From Massalongia carnosa (taxonomy: Eukaryota): DNA of 64,000 bases. Shown here piece by piece: positions 60,497-64,000 of this stretch (positions are counted from its first letter, which is position 1; every line of letters starts with the position of its first letter). A program made the position numbers and the translations under genes. The notes under the pieces are model-generated. The model did no database searches. It was given only the letters and a program-made list of their open reading frames with translations, and was not told the origin of the DNA. The stretch covers positions 2,542,001 to 2,606,000 of the forward strand of contig OZ287071.1 of the NCBI GenBank assembly GCA_965645245.1. The letters are read 5' to 3'.

Positions 60497-61975
60497 CTAA
60501 CGCTGTAATAGCCCAACATTCCAGTTCTGGTAATTTCTTGCAGGCAATGGTAGGAAACTGCCGCTGACCTTTAGGTCTTCACGTAACGTTTGTAAAGCCT
60601 GGCCGGAAAGCCGAAACTCATCCATGACCATAAAGTTTTTCTCAAGCTGGTGTGATGGTTCCAATATATTTTGATAAAATATTTTCATAGCACGCTGGGG
60701 ACCTCTTGGTTGAATGCTTGTCGAGTATACCAAATCTGGATTAAATACCCACAGCTGATCCACCATAAGCGACGTCAAGCTGGAATATTGTGAGATTTTA
60801 CCAGCAAAGCTTCTCTCGCATCCCCAATATCGCCGCTGTAGGCTAGGAACTTTCGAGTGGCCTGGCTCCCGATTAATGCTAGAAGCTGAGCACATATAAA
60901 TTTTTGCATTGGGTAAGCTTCCCAATGAGCGCTTTTTTCGCGCTGTAAACGAATACTCCATTTTGAAAGTTGTACGCTCCCACGGGCATAATCATTGATG
61001 CCCACTACCTCAGAGCAGGAAGAACACCTTGTGTTCCACTGGCCATCATTCGATATCTAATAACGTGTTAATAATGTACCCAGTTTTATTAAACGAAATA
61101 TAGCAGGCTAAAAGACTCCGCTTGTCAAAGCAAGAAGCCTCAACAAAGATGTAACACTCATGTACACTACAGACCCGTTCGTGCCTCTAAAGGAAAGAGG
61201 GTTTGTGTGGTTCAGGTTAATGATGTATCTGGGTTTACTGATATAGGGCATTTGTATCGGCGACCATGTTATAGACCGAAACGAGTACGGAAACAAGCCT
61301 CCTTCTTAATGTCCATGAACACTGTATAGTTTGGCAATGCAAGTACACCTCAAGCCTTTTCTTCAGGAATACGATTTAAGACAAACGTACCTGAATCCCA
61401 GTGCAATCACTTTCGAGCAATACTATATGGCTGAAATCCACAAGCCCAACGCCATGAGAAGGCGACAGCCCATTCGCCGCAGCATATCCCTTTGTTAGAC
61501 CCTGGTCATGAGAGTTTTTTGTATCCGGTTTATGGCAGTGCCAAAAGTCCATCATCTCCGCCCAATTCTCGCTCGGAAGATCTTTCCATGTTTGAACAGA
61601 TTCCTCGAGCAATATATTTTTGCAAGATCGACAACCAATACGCGACTCAGAACTCAGCGAAGCTGCAGGCCAGGGAGCATCTTCACCTGCACGAAAGAAT
61701 TCCGCAGCTTGGTATGAGTCAAAATTCATAGCTACTTGTAGGCGAAAAGAAAGTTCCTTCTCTTTGGTTGATGGAAGACGAAAACTCGTATTGGCAGCAA
61801 CCTGGCATGGTAGAACGAGGCTAGTTGTTGTTTTCTTATGTGTAATATATATTGACTTCAGATCAGAAGAGATGCTAAGGCTGGTATCGTCGTCGGATTC
61901 CGAAGGCAGGTTCACGAATACTGTCACCTGACGTATGTTCAATAAGAGCTCCGCGTATATGGTGATGGTCGACAT
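60497..61975 (-). CDS. IPA1: HECT_2 / UBE3D-IPA1 family protein (3 exons; first intron 61390-61057)
   Basis: IYAELLLNIRQV; CRSC; WKDLPSENWAEMMDFWHCHKP; second CxxC (CSSC); LWVFNPD; WNVGLL. Confidence 0.88.
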
Positions 61976-62247
61976 TGATAATGATGTAAGAAAAAAGTGG
62001 GAGTATATTCTGTACCAATCAAAGGTTACTAAAAGTCTCGGACATAACAAACCGCGGTCGGGCCGAGCCGCCACCCCCGCATGTTTAAACCTACAGGATC
62101 GTTACCCACCTCCATCAGCTTTAATATAAATGAACTTATCATCCTTTGAGAGCTGATACTTAGAAGTTTCCAACCGCTACAGTGTAATCTCCCTGATAAA
62201 TATTTTCTTATTCTGCATAACCACCATTTCATAAGTCTATCCTCAAA

Positions 62248-63647
62248 ATGCTTTCTTTGTCGTCCTTCTCAGTTCCATTTAATATTACTCGTCTCTTCAG
62301 GAAGAACACCGCACCACTCAATGTTTTAAAATCCGTCGAGATCCATGACATTGAGACTCGGCCGGAGAAGAGGGCTCGAACACTGAAGCATCTGCTCAAA
62401 CTTAATCATGCCAATCATGCCATCCTCTTCCATAAGCTGCAGTTTCACAATCATATGCCCCACGTATGTAGTTTCTTATTTCCTACGGCTTTGCTTCGCT
62501 TATTTTGAGTGTAGCTGTTAGGGTCTGCGTACCTGATCGGTGCAAACTCGGAGCACCTTGAGCATATCTATGACGAGGAATCTAAAATACTTGATCCTTG
62601 GAAAGATTCACCAGGGGAGATTTCGCGTCATGATTGGCGAGATTACCTTGGAGATCCTCGGTGAACTCAACTTGTCGGTCGTTTCCCACAACAAATGGCG
62701 CTGATATTTGTTAGATATGAACGGGCTTACGTCGATTTTTATGAGGATGAATTGGTGCTCAATGGTTATGACTGGCGCAAAGTAGTGGAGGAGTACCTAT
62801 TCACAGGCGAGAAACCAATTGGGAATTCTCTGATTTCCGGACGTCCGTCACCAAACCCGTCAAGAACGAAGTGTCCCTGCTAATGCTTTCTATAGTTGGT
62901 CATCCTTTGATCCATCTTGCTTACGCCTATGAACTATCTAGCCGCGAAATAGCCATGGAAGCTCTTTCTCTTGCCTCAATTAGTTACAATTTCCTTCACA
63001 AATACATTGATGAACTTACCGAAACCGCATCATCGACGTATAGTACAACTTCGCCGTTAGAAATTCTTCAACGTGTCCGGAAAGACAAGCGCTTAGATGG
63101 TTTGTTTGACGAGCGGGGACCTGCAAATATCAAAACGCTCCTCGAAAAGCGAGAGGATGTGTTTCTCGAACATTTCAACGCGTGGGATTTCTCAAACCCC
63201 CAGAAGCAGTTTGAAGACAGCCAACACGCCGCAGTAGCAGTGTTAGTGGCCACGTATGAAGCGGAGAGCAAAACCTACGACTTTTTCCTCATGCATCTTC
63301 TGTCCACGAGTCATGCCGTCCGAATCCTTCTTCCTTTGATACCTGTTAACTTCCAAACTACACTTGTCAAGGAATGGTGGTTGTTCACATTAGCGGTATA
63401 TATTGCCCAGTTACGCCCAGAAATAGACTTGAAGTACATAACAAAATATGATTTGAAGAACAAGGATTGGGGATGGATAAAAAAACAGGCAATTGAAAGG
63501 AAATGGGCTACCGATGCTCACTACGTCAAAGCACTACGGGCCATGGAGGAGGCAGCCAGGACGTGGGGTGATGAGACGAAGTTCTACTTGAAAGCAGCTG
63601 CAAGATTTGCAGACGAGTTTCATGGTTGGGGTGGTTCTGAGTCGTAA
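62248..63647 (+). CDS. Questin oxidase-like / AflY (DUF4243) family protein, multi-exon
   Basis: FHNHMPH, YVDFYEDEL, GHPLIHLAYAYEL, DFFLMHLLSTSHAVR, DAHYVKALRAM. Confidence 0.88.
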
Positions 63648-64000
63648 TTTTGGAAGAGTACTCATATTGATTGATTTATCAGCGCATTCAACATTGCGCT
63701 TGAAAGGTAATAATAGTACAAGATGTATTGTTAGTGTAAGAGTGATATAAGCGTCTATTTACGTTTTCTACTTTACAAGCGGGCATGCACAGCACCTGAC
63801 ATATCACCACTAGTTGTCGAAGAAAAGCAGGTTTTCGTCAAACAAGAAATATAATTGTTGAACGAAAACTCTTTGACAGAAAATGCAGCGTGTAGACATA
63901 GATTTAGCTTCATTGCGCTTTGGAGGCTATAATCTCTGTGTTAACCTGTTAGCTGTGATCCGAAAGATTGAACATGTCCATCGAGCTTACTCTCGACATC

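Overview
Eukaryotic, intron-containing DNA from a filamentous ascomycete (Pezizomycotina); the taxon is inferred from gene content and from short GT-AG introns with CTAAC-type branch points. About 17 protein-coding genes can be supported. Recognisable ones are STT3, a KLAP1/DUF7896-type protein, a 4-exon CYSTM gene not recovered as a unit by the ORF track, a HeLo-like/NB-ARC/TPR fungal NLR, a CYP52-clan P450, a CFEM-like GPI protein, PXMP4, the ACE1/SltA C2H2 factor, the IPA1/UBE3D HECT_2 protein, a questin-oxidase-family gene and three secreted proteins. Mobile DNA comprises a disabled intron-containing pogo/Fot1 DD35D element with a nested MITE, a 5'-truncated LINE end, a probable mini-Helitron, a TA-flanked MITE and two different non-autonomous elements that both end CACGCG...CGCGTG and both sit in a duplicated GTAGG. 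Best leads: (1) the GTAGG-targeting element family, one copy of which carries what looks like a mutated Tc1/IS630 transposase tail; (2) a structured hairpin in an unusually long IPA1 intron; (3) a GC-rich, intronless, ~46-Cys secreted protein with a bacteriocin-like core; (4) a protein with regularly spaced Trp in G/N/S-rich sequence (Ago-hook-like). No rRNA, tRNA or CRISPR was seen. Family assignments come from motif recognition by eye; no searches were run.
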